Part shown: in pieces, positions 26,589-36,459 of the stretch
Layout: every line of letters begins with the position of its first letter
How positions within the stretch are numbered: the stretch's first letter is position 1
Assembly (NCBI GenBank): GCA_963790825.1
Contig: CAWBPM010000002.1
Span: 359,159 to 423,158 of the forward strand
Source of the DNA: Candidatus Levyibacteriota bacterium
GTDB lineage: Bacteria > Patescibacteriota > Microgenomatia > Levybacterales > UBA12049
Direction: 5' to 3'
DNA: 64,000 nucleotides
Translations under genes and position numbers: made by a program
Notes under the pieces: model-generated
What the model saw: only the letters and a program-made list of their open reading frames with translations
What the model was told of the DNA's origin: nothing
The model's database searches: none

Positions 26589-27614
26589 ATGATAAGAGGA
26601 ATGAATAGAAGATTTTTAGAAATAGATTTACTGCGCGGCCTGGCAATATTTTCAATTATTCTTATTCACACAAGCTACTATTTCTTAAGCGATAAACTCG
26701 CCTTATTTTTGTGGAATATAAATCAATACTCTGTTCCGGTATTTCTTTTTTGTTCAGGTTTTATTTTTTTCAATCGATATCAAAGTATCGATGGTTTTTC
26801 TTTTTTCGAATATGTATATAAGCGTTTTTGCAGACTTCTTATTCCGTATTATATTTTTTTGGTCTTTTTTATTCCGTTAGTAGCAGTTATTCAACCCGGG
26901 AAAGTCACTTTTACTTACATTTGGCAAAGCATTGTATTAATTGGTGGAGTTGATATTAATTGGTTGGTTTTATTATTTTTATGTCTCAGTCTTCTGATGC
27001 CTTTTATTCTGTACCTTTGGCAAAAACAACGAATTCTTTTTTATCTTTTTACTTTTATTTCTCTTCTTACTTCCTTTCTTTTTATTTTCTGGCATTTTCC
27101 CTTTTCTTATAAATGGATTATGTGGCTTACCTGGTCGGCTATCTTGGTTTTTAGTTTATTTTTTGTTAAAAATAGCTTAAAAAAATGGTTTTATCCAGTT
27201 AGTTTAATAACTTCATCAGCGATCTTTTTGATATTGTATTCGTTAGAAAATTCGCTTCATCATTCACTTTCCTTCTACGATAACAAATATCCAGCAAATT
27301 TTTATTATCTCTCGTATGGTATTGCTGCAATTACTCTGCTTTTTTATCTAGCCAAATATAATTTCTTCAAAACACCAGCCAATAAATTGTTAAATTTTCT
27401 AAGTATTTATTCTTACCAAATTTTTTTCATCCATTATTTTCTGCTTACTTTTTTTGTAAATCTGTTACCGAGATTTAATTTCAACTGGCTGACTTTTTTT
27501 CTGACAGTTTTTATATCCAGTCTTTTACTGCAAAAGTTACTTATTGTAACCCGTCCTTTATCTTTCCTGGAAAATTTATGCAAAAAAAATCAACACATCG
27601 AAAAGAACGATTAG
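26589..27614 (+). CDS. Acyltransferase family 3 (membrane O-acyltransferase)
   Basis: RRFLEIDLLRGLAIFSIILIHT, with about 10 TM helices. Confidence 0.7.
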   Translation: MIRGMNRRFLEIDLLRGLAIFSIILIHTSYYFLSDKLALFLWNINQYSVPVFLFCSGFIFFNRYQSIDGFSFFEYVYKRFCRLLIPYYIFLVFFIPLVAVIQPGKVTFTYIWQSIVLIGGVDINWLVLLFLCLSLLMPFILYLWQKQRILFYLFTFISLLTSFLFIFWHFPFSYKWIMWLTWSAILVFSLFFVKNSLKKWFYPVSLITSSAIFLILYSLENSLHHSLSFYDNKYPANFYYLSYGIAAITLLFYLAKYNFFKTPANKLLNFLSIYSYQIFFIHYFLLTFFVNLLPRFNFNWLTFFLTVFISSLLLQKLLIVTRPLSFLENLCKKNQHIEKND

Positions 27615-27638
27615 TCCAAAATTGCAGCTTTTTCAGTA

Positions 27639-28298
27639 TTACATGATTTCAATCTTTGTTTTTGTTTGTTTTTTATTTTTATAGCGCATAAAAAGAAAGG
27701 CTACGAAGAAAAACAGAAGCGGAATACCGAAGAACAGGAAATAAGTGCGGTGAGCGTGGAGGAGGATAGCTGTTTTGGGACCCAGTCTTCGACCTATGTC
27801 AAGGTATAGCGGTATCCAAAAAATAATTGAAATAAATGTGGAGGCAATAAATGTCTTATACGATACTTTAGAAATTCCCGAGAAAACAGTGATTGGTATG
27901 CGAAACCCCGGAATATGTCTGCCAAAAATAATCACCCATAGACCATATTTTTGAAATTTTTGTTCTACTGCGTCTAGTTTTTTTTGATCCAAATGAATAT
28001 ATTTCCCAATGCTTGTGACAATAAACGGTCCCCACCGACGTGAAATAAAATAAAGTATTGATGAACCCATGAGTACGGCAATTACCAGACTGATAAAGGC
28101 TGTGGGGTAAGAAATTGTTCCTCGGGAAACTTGATAGCCGGTATAAGCAATTACGATATCTCCGGGAACAGGCAGAGGAATTCCAGCTTCTTCGATCATG
28201 AGAAGAAACAGAGGACCCAGAAGCACTTGGTAGTGAAGAAATGAAACAAGGACGTCTTGCAACCAATCATTGTCGAAGAGAATGTTTAACCTAGTCAT
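27639..28298 (-). CDS. DedA/SNARE-associated family membrane protein
   Basis: LFLLMIEEAGIPLPVPGDIVIAYTGY is the DedA motif. Confidence 0.75.
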   Translation of the reverse strand: MTRLNILFDNDWLQDVLVSFLHYQVLLGPLFLLMIEEAGIPLPVPGDIVIAYTGYQVSRGTISYPTAFISLVIAVLMGSSILYFISRRWGPFIVTSIGKYIHLDQKKLDAVEQKFQKYGLWVIIFGRHIPGFRIPITVFSGISKVSYKTFIASTFISIIFWIPLYLDIGRRLGPKTAILLHAHRTYFLFFGIPLLFFFVAFLFMRYKNKKQTKTKIEIM

Positions 28299-28385
28299 TG
28301 GAGATATTATAGTATAACCAGTCTTAAAAATCTCAGTGGACTATACTAGCCCAATCGGAAAGGTTATCTTATTATTTCTAAGCTG

Positions 28386-31028
28386 TTATTGTTCTTTTAC
28401 CGTATGAACAATAATCGGATCTACGACATAATAATTATTATCAACAATATTTTCTTTGATCACTTTATAGGTTGGCATACCTTTTAGCAAACTAAAATCG
28501 ACATTTCGAAAATCGTCATGGAAGAAAATTACTGCTTTGATTCTCGGCATTGATGGAATATCTTTTTTAAGCGTATCGGCAAACCACTGTCCTTTATCCC
28601 CGCCGATACTCGTAGATGAAGTTTCAGTGACCATAATCGGCTTATTAATCTTAATTAACTCCTGATATGCCGCTTGAGAAAGATCTTTAAAGATCGTCCA
28701 TTTTGTTAAAAAGCCGCTTTCGCCCCAGTTAAATCCGCTGTAACCAATCCAATCTACATATTTGTCTCCCGGATAGTAACTAAGCATAGAATCTGAACTT
28801 CCGTATGCATCGGTATTATTCGGAGACCATACCCAAATAACATTATCTGCGTGTTCCTGGGCAAAGATATTATACACATGGATCCACATTTGTTTGTAGT
28901 CTTCGGGCGTATTGCCAAAAGCATTACCCCATGGATACCAGTCTCCATTCATTTCTTGGGCGAACCGGAGAAAGAACGGTTTTTTATATGCAGCAGCTTC
29001 CCGAGCCCAGCTTCTGATAAAGTCATCATACTTACCGCTGGTAATTACTTTTGGATAAAATTCTTCTTGATTGATAATACCTTGGGCTGCCTTCTTCGCG
29101 TCCCATGGTTCCCAGGTGATAACCGGAATAACATTTTGCTCGGCAATCTGATCAACGAAGGGCTTATCAAATCCTGCCTGATTACCCCAATCCTCATAGT
29201 ACATTGCCAGACTTGGCTTCTCTCCCGGGATTATGCTAAGTTTCGGATTATCCGGGTGTTGATTGAGCTGAGGCTGGTAATATCCATAATATGCACCCGT
29301 ACTCGGCACCATTAATTCTTGGGCTATCACTTTTCCCTGCGCCGCATTAACCAAAAGATACATATTATCCATCGTGACTACGCTTCTGAAACTCGGGGTT
29401 CTTGAGATAATTATGCCAAAGACGATAATCATTGCGGGAATAAGTACTCGTTTTATGGGAAAATTAAAATTTCCTAAATGTGCAGTTACGTAGAGCCTTT
29501 CGTCCAATTTTTTTCCATAGTTATCCCGAAGTATTAAGAAAAATCCAAGAAACAGGAAGCTGACATCAAAAGATGCCCAAAGGTAATTAATATAGGTTGC
29601 AAGCGGATTACCGCTCGAGGCTTTCGTTATACTATAGATAAGTCCCGCTAACAACGTAGCCATAACCACAAACTGCAGCTTATAAACCTGAAAAATATTT
29701 TCTTTTTCATACTTTTTAATGGTAACAATAAAAGCCAGGTTTTTCTTAAGGATACTGGAAAGAAAGGCTGAAACAAAGATAGGAAAGGAAATAAGATCCA
29801 ATACCAGACTCTTTAATGGCTCCTTAAAAAGTAGTAAATATAAAATAAAATTAAACATAAAAAGCGGAGCATAAATAAAGGTTAAAAATCCCAGAGTATT
29901 TGCCCGAATCAGTGATACGCCAAAAAATAAGAAGGGGATAGGCGCTAGCATAAGAATAAAATCACGCACTCCGATTAGGTAATATGTAGCAGAAAGAAGA
30001 TAATGAAACTTTTGTTTATAAGTTAACGGACCGAACAATAATTTCCCCAAATAAGTAAATGACGCATCAAATGTGCCTTTTGCCCATCTACGCTGTTGGT
30101 TAAAGTACGCTTTGAGTGTAGAAGGCGCGACTCCAAGAGCTAATACTTTTGCGATAAATACTCCTTTTTTCCCGGATAAATGCAAATTAAGAGAAGTTGA
30201 GTAGTCCTCGGTAATAAAGCGCGTATCCATACCATCAACTGAGTTAAGCGCTTCTCTACGAATGGCAAAATTGGTTCCACAAAGAAAAAGTGCATTATCA
30301 TGCGCCTTTGCATTACAAATATAATCAAAGAAGTATATTTGATGAGCCGCTGCCGCTTTGGCAACCCAAGTCATCTCATTTTTATAGCGCTGAGGAGTCT
30401 GCACAAAGTCAACCGAATCATCAACAAATGGTTTTGTAATTTCTGTTAAAAGTTCCGGCTTTGCAGAGAAGTCAGCATCAAAAACTATGTCAATGGTATT
30501 GTGAGGATCGTAGGTTATTAATTGAGAAATCCCATTATTAATATTTCCGGCTTTGAATCCGTCACTTGAATTACGAGTTGAATAATAAACATTTAAGTCT
30601 ACACAGAGTTGAATGATCTCGTTCCAATTATCTTTTTTCGCAGCATATCCGTCATTAAGCACAACTATTCGCGGCTCTTTGTCAGGATGAACTACAGCGA
30701 TATATTGCTTCACTGTCTCTTTCGCAGCTAATATTGTTTCCCGTACTAATTCTACCGGTTCACCACACACACAAATGAGCAGGTTTAATTCCAAATTTTT
30801 ATTATAATTAATATCGCTATAGGTCTTATATTTTCGTGGCCACAGTGAATAAACCATTCCAAAAAAGTGAAATATAGTGTGAAGCTCTGCCAGAAACAAA
30901 AGGAGACTAAATATAACGAGCGCCGGAGAGAAATTGACCAATTGTATACGCACAAATAAGTATGCCAGGATTAATAATAATCCGTACAATAAAAGGAAGC
31001 GAATAAAAAGTTTTCTCAGGATAAACAT
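28386..31028 (-). CDS. 880-aa fusion of a cellulose-synthase-like processive GT2 and a C-terminal GH26-like glycoside hydrolase
   Basis: N-terminal TMs. DAD, TED (FITEDYSTSL) and QQRRWAKG are the BcsA-type motifs. Further TMs follow. The C-terminal domain carries RFAQEMNGDWYPWG (GH26 RFxxEMN acid/base region), IWVWSPN and IMVTETS (nucleophile region). Confidence 0.75.
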   Translation of the reverse strand: MFILRKLFIRFLLLYGLLLILAYLFVRIQLVNFSPALVIFSLLLFLAELHTIFHFFGMVYSLWPRKYKTYSDINYNKNLELNLLICVCGEPVELVRETILAAKETVKQYIAVVHPDKEPRIVVLNDGYAAKKDNWNEIIQLCVDLNVYYSTRNSSDGFKAGNINNGISQLITYDPHNTIDIVFDADFSAKPELLTEITKPFVDDSVDFVQTPQRYKNEMTWVAKAAAAHQIYFFDYICNAKAHDNALFLCGTNFAIRREALNSVDGMDTRFITEDYSTSLNLHLSGKKGVFIAKVLALGVAPSTLKAYFNQQRRWAKGTFDASFTYLGKLLFGPLTYKQKFHYLLSATYYLIGVRDFILMLAPIPFLFFGVSLIRANTLGFLTFIYAPLFMFNFILYLLLFKEPLKSLVLDLISFPIFVSAFLSSILKKNLAFIVTIKKYEKENIFQVYKLQFVVMATLLAGLIYSITKASSGNPLATYINYLWASFDVSFLFLGFFLILRDNYGKKLDERLYVTAHLGNFNFPIKRVLIPAMIIVFGIIISRTPSFRSVVTMDNMYLLVNAAQGKVIAQELMVPSTGAYYGYYQPQLNQHPDNPKLSIIPGEKPSLAMYYEDWGNQAGFDKPFVDQIAEQNVIPVITWEPWDAKKAAQGIINQEEFYPKVITSGKYDDFIRSWAREAAAYKKPFFLRFAQEMNGDWYPWGNAFGNTPEDYKQMWIHVYNIFAQEHADNVIWVWSPNNTDAYGSSDSMLSYYPGDKYVDWIGYSGFNWGESGFLTKWTIFKDLSQAAYQELIKINKPIMVTETSSTSIGGDKGQWFADTLKKDIPSMPRIKAVIFFHDDFRNVDFSLLKGMPTYKVIKENIVDNNYYVVDPIIVHTVKEQ

Positions 31029-31039
31029 AACTATAGGAT

Positions 31040-31068
31040 ATTATAGGGGAAATTTTAGTCTTTGTCAA
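31040..31068 (-). promoter_or_regulatory. Consensus sigma70-type promoter (TTGACA-17-TATAAT) for the 880-aa gene, giving a near-leaderless transcript
   Basis: Minus strand reads cTTGACAaagactaaaatttccccTATAATatcctatagttATG. The -10 element ends 11 nt before the start codon. Confidence 0.55.
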
Positions 31069-31235
31069 GCTATAGGACTACTCTATCTGAAGTAAATCGA
31101 GGCTATTTTAATCTGATTATGGGTCTACGTGATAAATTGAGCCTAAACGAGCCTGAATAGAGACTTAACCACGGCTGGGAAGCTGCCCGTCTTATGCCTT
31201 ATTTACCCGGGAAACAGGTCGTAATACAGAGGTAG

Positions 31236-31844
31236 TTAGGAGGCGAGAAATGCCTCTAGAACTTGAAAATCTTTTATAAGCGTTGTTTTACTATGTACGT
31301 TATATAACGCTACAGCCGGATGGAAAAGCGGAATAATATGAATAGTTCCATATGAACTGGCAGCTTCCAGTAGTTGTCCATGTAAATAGGAAATAGACTC
31401 TGTTTTTTGCGGCAGGTTAAATTTTTCCAGAATATACTGCATAGAAAATCTGCCCAGTGTTGCTATTATCTTAGGACGGATAATATTTATTTGTCTTTCC
31501 AGAAATGGTCCGTATAGTCTGATTTCTGATGGGAGGGGATCACGGTTTTCAGGCGGCCGGTCTTTTACGATATTTGTAACATATACTTGTTTTCGGTCGA
31601 GATGAATAGAGGCAAGCAGTTCGTCAAGCATCGCTCCGGCAGCACCGCAAAACGGCCTTCCTGTTTCCGCCTCCGTTTTTCCCGGTGCTTCACCAATAAA
31701 CATAATTTTAGCTTTGTGATTTCCTTCGCCCAAAACCGGGTAATAGTTGTGTTGCTTACGGTAGGTGAATAGAGGAGAGATAGTAAGGTTCCAAACCTCG
31801 TCCCGAATCACACGAAGCTGATCAGTTCTACTCGAGATCTTCAT
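31236..31844 (-). CDS. Uracil-DNA glycosylase, family 4
   Basis: MFIGEAPGKTEAETGRPFCGAAGAMLDELL is the family-4 UDG motif. Confidence 0.85.
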   Translation of the reverse strand: MKISSRTDQLRVIRDEVWNLTISPLFTYRKQHNYYPVLGEGNHKAKIMFIGEAPGKTEAETGRPFCGAAGAMLDELLASIHLDRKQVYVTNIVKDRPPENRDPLPSEIRLYGPFLERQINIIRPKIIATLGRFSMQYILEKFNLPQKTESISYLHGQLLEAASSYGTIHIIPLFHPAVALYNVHSKTTLIKDFQVLEAFLAS

Positions 31845-31882
31845 TATTACATTATATAAAAATAATTAGCAGATTATAAAAA

Positions 31883-32140
31883 TTAGGAAGAACCCTGGAC
31901 CATTAGTCTTTTTTTCTGGAATTTCTCTAGGGTTCGCTTTTCGTCTGCTTTAATTTTTATTTCACGGTCTTTTATGCGTTTGGCCTCTTGTTTATCCTTT
32001 TCCTCCTGGCAGGATTTATTTGAACATCTATAGGTACAGGTAGTTTGGGGAAAACGGGAACCATTGATGTGTTCAGTTATTTTGCTGACAAGTATAAGAG
32101 GCGACCCGCACTGAAAACAATTATGAGTAATGGATTTCAA
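31883..32140 (-). CDS. Zinc-ribbon protein, hypothetical
   Basis: CFQCGS ... CTYRCSNKSC cysteine pairs. It sits upstream of UDG on the same strand. Confidence 0.35.
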   Translation of the reverse strand: MKSITHNCFQCGSPLILVSKITEHINGSRFPQTTCTYRCSNKSCQEEKDKQEAKRIKDREIKIKADEKRTLEKFQKKRLMVQGSS

Positions 32141-32260
32141 GATAAGCTATTATAACACATTTTGGATATATTTGTTGTAGTAAATTAGGCAACAACTAAA
32201 TTTTCTCAGCTCTTTCTTAACTAGAGTAAATCGTGTTATAGTAAAGAAATCCCTATTTCC

Positions 32261-33274
32261 ATGTATAGTTCCTATGATCAAATAAATAATAGAAAACAGC
32301 GACAGCAGCCGAAAAGAACAATTGGATTATTTTTTTTCGTATTTATTATCCTACTCGTCGGCCTTTTTATGTTATTTCGTTTATCATCCCATACTTCAAA
32401 TGTGTCTAAAACTAGCCTTTCTCATAGCGAATCGGTTTCACACGTCCTGGCCGATAAAACAAAGTCGGATGCGGAAAATAATAACAATAATGTTGGACTT
32501 GCAAACGCGGTCAGAAACGCACTTATAGGAACAACCGGTAGTTACGCAGTTGTGGTTATGAACTTACATAACAAAGAGAGTTATGCCAGTAATGAACATC
32601 TTGTATACGAATCGGGGAGTTTGTATAAGTTGTGGGTTATGGCAACTGCTTTTGAGCAGATTGATAGTGGGATAATTCATAAGGCAGATATACTAACGGG
32701 GAGTATTCCTGCGTTAAATAAGATGTTTAATATCGAAGCAGATTCAGCCGAGGAAACTTCGGGTACTATTACACTTTCCCTACAAGATGCAATATACCAG
32801 ATGATCACTATTTCCGATAATAACGCGGCACTTCTTCTAACCGAAAAAATAAAGTTAGCAAATATTACAGCGCTCCTTACGGCTCATGGTTTTGCTGAAT
32901 CAAAAGTGGGAATCGGAGACGGGGAACCTACAACAACCGCTTCGGATATTGCACTTTTTTTAGCGAACCTTTACCGGGGGAAATTAGCCGATTCCAAGTC
33001 CAGCAACGAAATGATTACCTTACTTAAAGAGCAGAAATTAAACAGTAAGATACCAAAATATTTGCCGGATGATATTACAGTTGCCCATAAGACAGGAGAG
33101 TTAGATGCATTTACCCATGACGCGGGAATTATATATAGCCCGAATGGCGATTATATTCTGGTCGTGTTATCAAAAAGTGATAATCCGTCTGAGGCTTCGG
33201 AACGAATCGCCGACGTATCCCAAGCTGTCTATAACTATTTTACGGATGAAGAACCAGTAAAGACAGGACAATGA
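32261..33274 (+). CDS. Class A beta-lactamase-fold serine hydrolase, membrane-anchored
   Basis: N-terminal TM helix. The S-x-x-K (SLYK), SDN (ISDNNAA) and KTG (HKTGE) motifs are all present. Confidence 0.7.
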   Translation: MYSSYDQINNRKQRQQPKRTIGLFFFVFIILLVGLFMLFRLSSHTSNVSKTSLSHSESVSHVLADKTKSDAENNNNNVGLANAVRNALIGTTGSYAVVVMNLHNKESYASNEHLVYESGSLYKLWVMATAFEQIDSGIIHKADILTGSIPALNKMFNIEADSAEETSGTITLSLQDAIYQMITISDNNAALLLTEKIKLANITALLTAHGFAESKVGIGDGEPTTTASDIALFLANLYRGKLADSKSSNEMITLLKEQKLNSKIPKYLPDDITVAHKTGELDAFTHDAGIIYSPNGDYILVVLSKSDNPSEASERIADVSQAVYNYFTDEEPVKTGQ

Positions 33275-33375
33275 AGCTCCCAGACCTTACAATAGTTCTT
33301 TCCACTCACACTCCGGCGGTAGTGAAATTCTTCCGAAGTCCCGCTGAGTGGGACAGAGGAGGATAAAAACCAATA
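33263..33375 (+). repeat. Copy B of the roughly 105-nt 3'-intergenic hairpin element
   Basis: GACAATGAAGCTCCCAGACCTTACA ... GAAGTCCCGCTGAGTGGGACAGAGGAGGATAAAAAC. It overlaps the stop of the beta-lactamase-like gene. Confidence 0.6.
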
Positions 33376-33400
33376 TCGGAATATGCAGAAATCTTGGAAT

Positions 33401-34520
33401 TTTTTCGAAAAATAGTCATGAATAAGTCACGATACATATTGGAATCTTAAGGAAGAAGATTCTATGCCAAGTGATTTTAAACGAGTAAGACATTTACGAC
33501 CAAAATACTCACAAAAGAGCTATCATATACTGATGAAAATGCTCCAGAATTCATTAGCAGTTGAAGTATCCGATGTAGCTGCTTTTCGCCTTCACGTGAT
33601 TAATCACTACTACAAGTATGGACTGCGTCCAACCCTTGCTGCATTCAAAATAAAGAAGAGCAGCTTATACAACTGGAGAAATGCTTATGAACACAACGGA
33701 AAAAGGACAATCAGTTTAGTGCCACACGGAACTAGACCTCTCCATGTGCGAAAGATGGAGACAGACTGGAGAATAATTGAGTTCATTAGAGAGATGAGGC
33801 ATGAGCATGGGAATATTGGTAAAAGTATGCTCAAGCCCTTTGTTGATGCGTATGCCAAAGAGCTGGGTATTAAGACCTTGGCAGAAAGTACTATTGGGAA
33901 AGTACTTAAAAGACGTCACTTAACATTTGAGAAGAAAGTCTACCCACAGAAACAAAAAAACAAGTTCAAAAAGCTAAGAGTGAGAAAGTCTCCTAAGGTA
34001 GTTTCTCCTGGATTTATTGAGATGGATTCAGTAGTTGTCTATATCAATTTTGAGAAACATTTGTTTATGTGTGTGATTGATATTTACACAAAATTTGCCT
34101 TAGTTGTATATGTACCGGATCTCTCCTCAGTAACAGCAAGAGAGGTTTTTAAGCAGTTCCAGTGCAATAATCCAACACCGATTCATACAATCCAAACAGA
34201 TAATGGATCAGAGTTTCTCAAATCATTCCATGAGTATATAGTTGAACAGAAAATTAAACATCAATTTATCTATCCCAGAATGCCAAAGATTAATAGTTAC
34301 ATTGAGAGATTCAATCGGACAATCCAGGAGGAATTCATTTTAAGAAATGACGAGATTTACTATGACTCAGAAGCATTTGCAAAAAAGCTCACAAAGTATT
34401 TATACTGGTATAACTATAAGAGGCCACATGCTTCGCTTAAATATATGTCGCCTATGTCCTTTATACAAGCCAAGATTCCAATAAGTGCGTGACGCATACA
34501 AGTCATGCATTATTTTTTCA
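33401..34520 (+). mobile_element. Putative IS element (rve/IS481-like) with degenerate terminal inverted repeats
   Basis: It carries a single DDE transposase ORF. The candidate imperfect inverted repeats at 33401-33435 and 34485-34520 share GAAAAATA ... CATGA ... GTCACG. The boundaries are approximate. Confidence 0.4.
33464..34492 (+). CDS. DDE transposase, integrase core (rve) domain, IS481-like
   Basis: HTIQTDNGSEF ... YNYKRPHASLKYMSPMSF is the rve DDE region. An N-terminal HTH is present. Confidence 0.75.
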   Translation: MPSDFKRVRHLRPKYSQKSYHILMKMLQNSLAVEVSDVAAFRLHVINHYYKYGLRPTLAAFKIKKSSLYNWRNAYEHNGKRTISLVPHGTRPLHVRKMETDWRIIEFIREMRHEHGNIGKSMLKPFVDAYAKELGIKTLAESTIGKVLKRRHLTFEKKVYPQKQKNKFKKLRVRKSPKVVSPGFIEMDSVVVYINFEKHLFMCVIDIYTKFALVVYVPDLSSVTAREVFKQFQCNNPTPIHTIQTDNGSEFLKSFHEYIVEQKIKHQFIYPRMPKINSYIERFNRTIQEEFILRNDEIYYDSEAFAKKLTKYLYWYNYKRPHASLKYMSPMSFIQAKIPISA

Positions 34521-34987
34521 TTGAGAGTATAATAAACTTAATGCATAAAACTTTTTATGCAAGTGGATTTCTTTATTACTTACCTTTTGACCAAATTCTC
34601 TTGCAGCAAAATAATAGCTTAACTTCTTTTTGGTCATTGTTTGGAAAAATTGGTCATGATGACGAAGCGCCAATCGCCGTATTTCGGGAAGCTATTTTTC
34701 AAAATTTACACATAAAGCTTGCTTTGGATGCAATCTACCCTGTCTATGATTATTTCAAAACGGAGAGAGGAATGGATTGTTTTGTGTTTTATGCCGAAGT
34801 TGGTGTAAAAAAGAAAAACCTTCAATGCAAAAAAGATTCTCTTTTAGAATGGTTTAGCTTCTACCAAACTGCCAAACTTTCTTTTTCCGATCAAATAAGA
34901 CAAGATCTTATTGTTTCGGAGCGGGTAATTAAGGCGAAAGCCAGAGATCGGGAAGCAACATTTTCTCCTGTAGGAATCTTACAATAA
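34505..34987 (+). CDS. Hypothetical protein
   Basis: ORF only. Its start lies inside the putative right end of the IS. Confidence 0.3.
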   Translation: MHYFFIESIINLMHKTFYASGFLYYLPFDQILLQQNNSLTSFWSLFGKIGHDDEAPIAVFREAIFQNLHIKLALDAIYPVYDYFKTERGMDCFVFYAEVGVKKKNLQCKKDSLLEWFSFYQTAKLSFSDQIRQDLIVSERVIKAKARDREATFSPVGILQ

Positions 34988-34989
34988 AA

Positions 34990-36198
34990 TTATTCCACGA
35001 AAGTTAATGCAATGCCTTTTTTGCCATTTCTGCCTGTTCTTCCGATTCTATGGATATAATCATCATAAGACACAGGTGCATCATAGTTTATAACATGAGT
35101 TACATCTTCAATATCAAGTCCGCGTGAGGCAACGTCTGTTGCTAAAAGTACTTGAACTTTATTATCCTTAAACTCCTGCAATGCACGTTGTCTTTGATTT
35201 TGATTTTTATTGCCATGAATAGCAGCTGCTTTAAATCCACGAATTATCAGCTCATTGGTTAACTTTTGTATTCCCCATTTCGTTCTGCCAAAAATGATTA
35301 CTTTATTAAATCCCGATTGAATTAATAGGTTGTGGAGTAGATCTATTTTTTCTCTGCCGCCTCTGGACCTAACTATATCCTGATCGATATATTGTGCGGC
35401 ATCGTACTGTTTGACGGAAACTGTTATCGGATTTATTACGAAATCCCGCAGGATTTCTTGTGTTTTACTGTCGACCGTCGCAGAAAAAAACAATGATTGA
35501 CGAGTTGCAGGAAGAAGTGAAATGAGATATTTGATGTCTTTGATAAATCCGATATCAACCATTCTGTCTACCTCATCCAATACCACATTTTGGAACATCT
35601 GCAAATTTAATTTTCTGCGGATGATTAAATCCTTCAGTCTTCCCGGAGTACCGATAACAAAATTGGGACTGCGCTCTAGTGCAGATGTTTGCCGCCTGAT
35701 ATCTGTTCCACCGACAACTGCAATTGAGTCTAGACCTGTTCCCTTTGCAAACAAACGAAATTCGTCCCGAATCTGCATAGCAAGTTCACGTGTCGGAACG
35801 ACAATTAAAACCCTTTGATTTGGGTCTTGATAGGATTTATTAATTAGTGTTATCAGAAATGCTGCGGTCTTGCCGGTACCGGTATTTGCCATACCGATAA
35901 CGTCTTTACCAGACAAAATCTCAGGGATTGTCTTTTCCTGAATTGCGGTAGGAATAGAATATCCGTGCTCCTCGATATTGCGTTTTAGTATGTTTTCAAT
36001 TGCATAATCTGCGAATCGTGTCGTCGCGATATATTCGTTTTGTGCATTTATCTCTTCTGCTTTTTTGACAAAAAGACTGGGATTAAGTTTTCTTTCCTGT
36101 CTTTGTGTGCTGCGTTGAAAATTTCTTCTTGGCACGAAATAGTGAGAATCTGATTTCCCACCAGAATAGTTATTCCGTTTAAAATTAGAACGATACAT
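34990..36198 (-). CDS. DEAD-box ATP-dependent RNA helicase
   Basis: Q-motif, MANTGTGKT, DEVDRM, SAT and HRIGRTGR motifs are present. Confidence 0.9.
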   Translation of the reverse strand: MYRSNFKRNNYSGGKSDSHYFVPRRNFQRSTQRQERKLNPSLFVKKAEEINAQNEYIATTRFADYAIENILKRNIEEHGYSIPTAIQEKTIPEILSGKDVIGMANTGTGKTAAFLITLINKSYQDPNQRVLIVVPTRELAMQIRDEFRLFAKGTGLDSIAVVGGTDIRRQTSALERSPNFVIGTPGRLKDLIIRRKLNLQMFQNVVLDEVDRMVDIGFIKDIKYLISLLPATRQSLFFSATVDSKTQEILRDFVINPITVSVKQYDAAQYIDQDIVRSRGGREKIDLLHNLLIQSGFNKVIIFGRTKWGIQKLTNELIIRGFKAAAIHGNKNQNQRQRALQEFKDNKVQVLLATDVASRGLDIEDVTHVINYDAPVSYDDYIHRIGRTGRNGKKGIALTFVE

Positions 36199-36201
36199 AT
36201 G

Positions 36202-36459
36202 TTATCTGGTTTCTTGTGGTTTAGCTTCTTTTACTGCAATTTGACGACCATTCAGTTCAGAACCGTTAAGTTTATCCATTGCTTCTTTTGCGACTTCCGT
36301 TGTTTCCATTTCCACAAATCCAAAGCCTTTTCCCTGTCCGGTATATCGATCAATAATAACCTTTGCCGAAAGAACCTTGCCGATTTTTGCAAAATGCTCT
36401 TCGAGTTGCGAGTCGGTAGTGGTATAGTCAAGACTTCCTATAAATAATTTGTTTGTCAT
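36202..36459 (-). CDS. RRM-domain RNA-binding protein
   Basis: RNP-2 LFIGSL and RNP-1 KGFGFVEM. A strong Shine-Dalgarno sequence (AAGGAGGA) sits 7 nt upstream of the ATG. Confidence 0.85.
   Translation of the reverse strand: MTNKLFIGSLDYTTTDSQLEEHFAKIGKVLSAKVIIDRYTGQGKGFGFVEMETTEVAKEAMDKLNGSELNGRQIAVKEAKPQETR

Noticed and set aside
33401-33435. Clear terminal inverted repeats for the rve/IS481-like element
   Set aside because: Only a gapped, roughly 60% match was found between the two ends (GAAAAATA / CATGA / GTCACG blocks). The boundaries are given as approximate, not as a confident TIR call.
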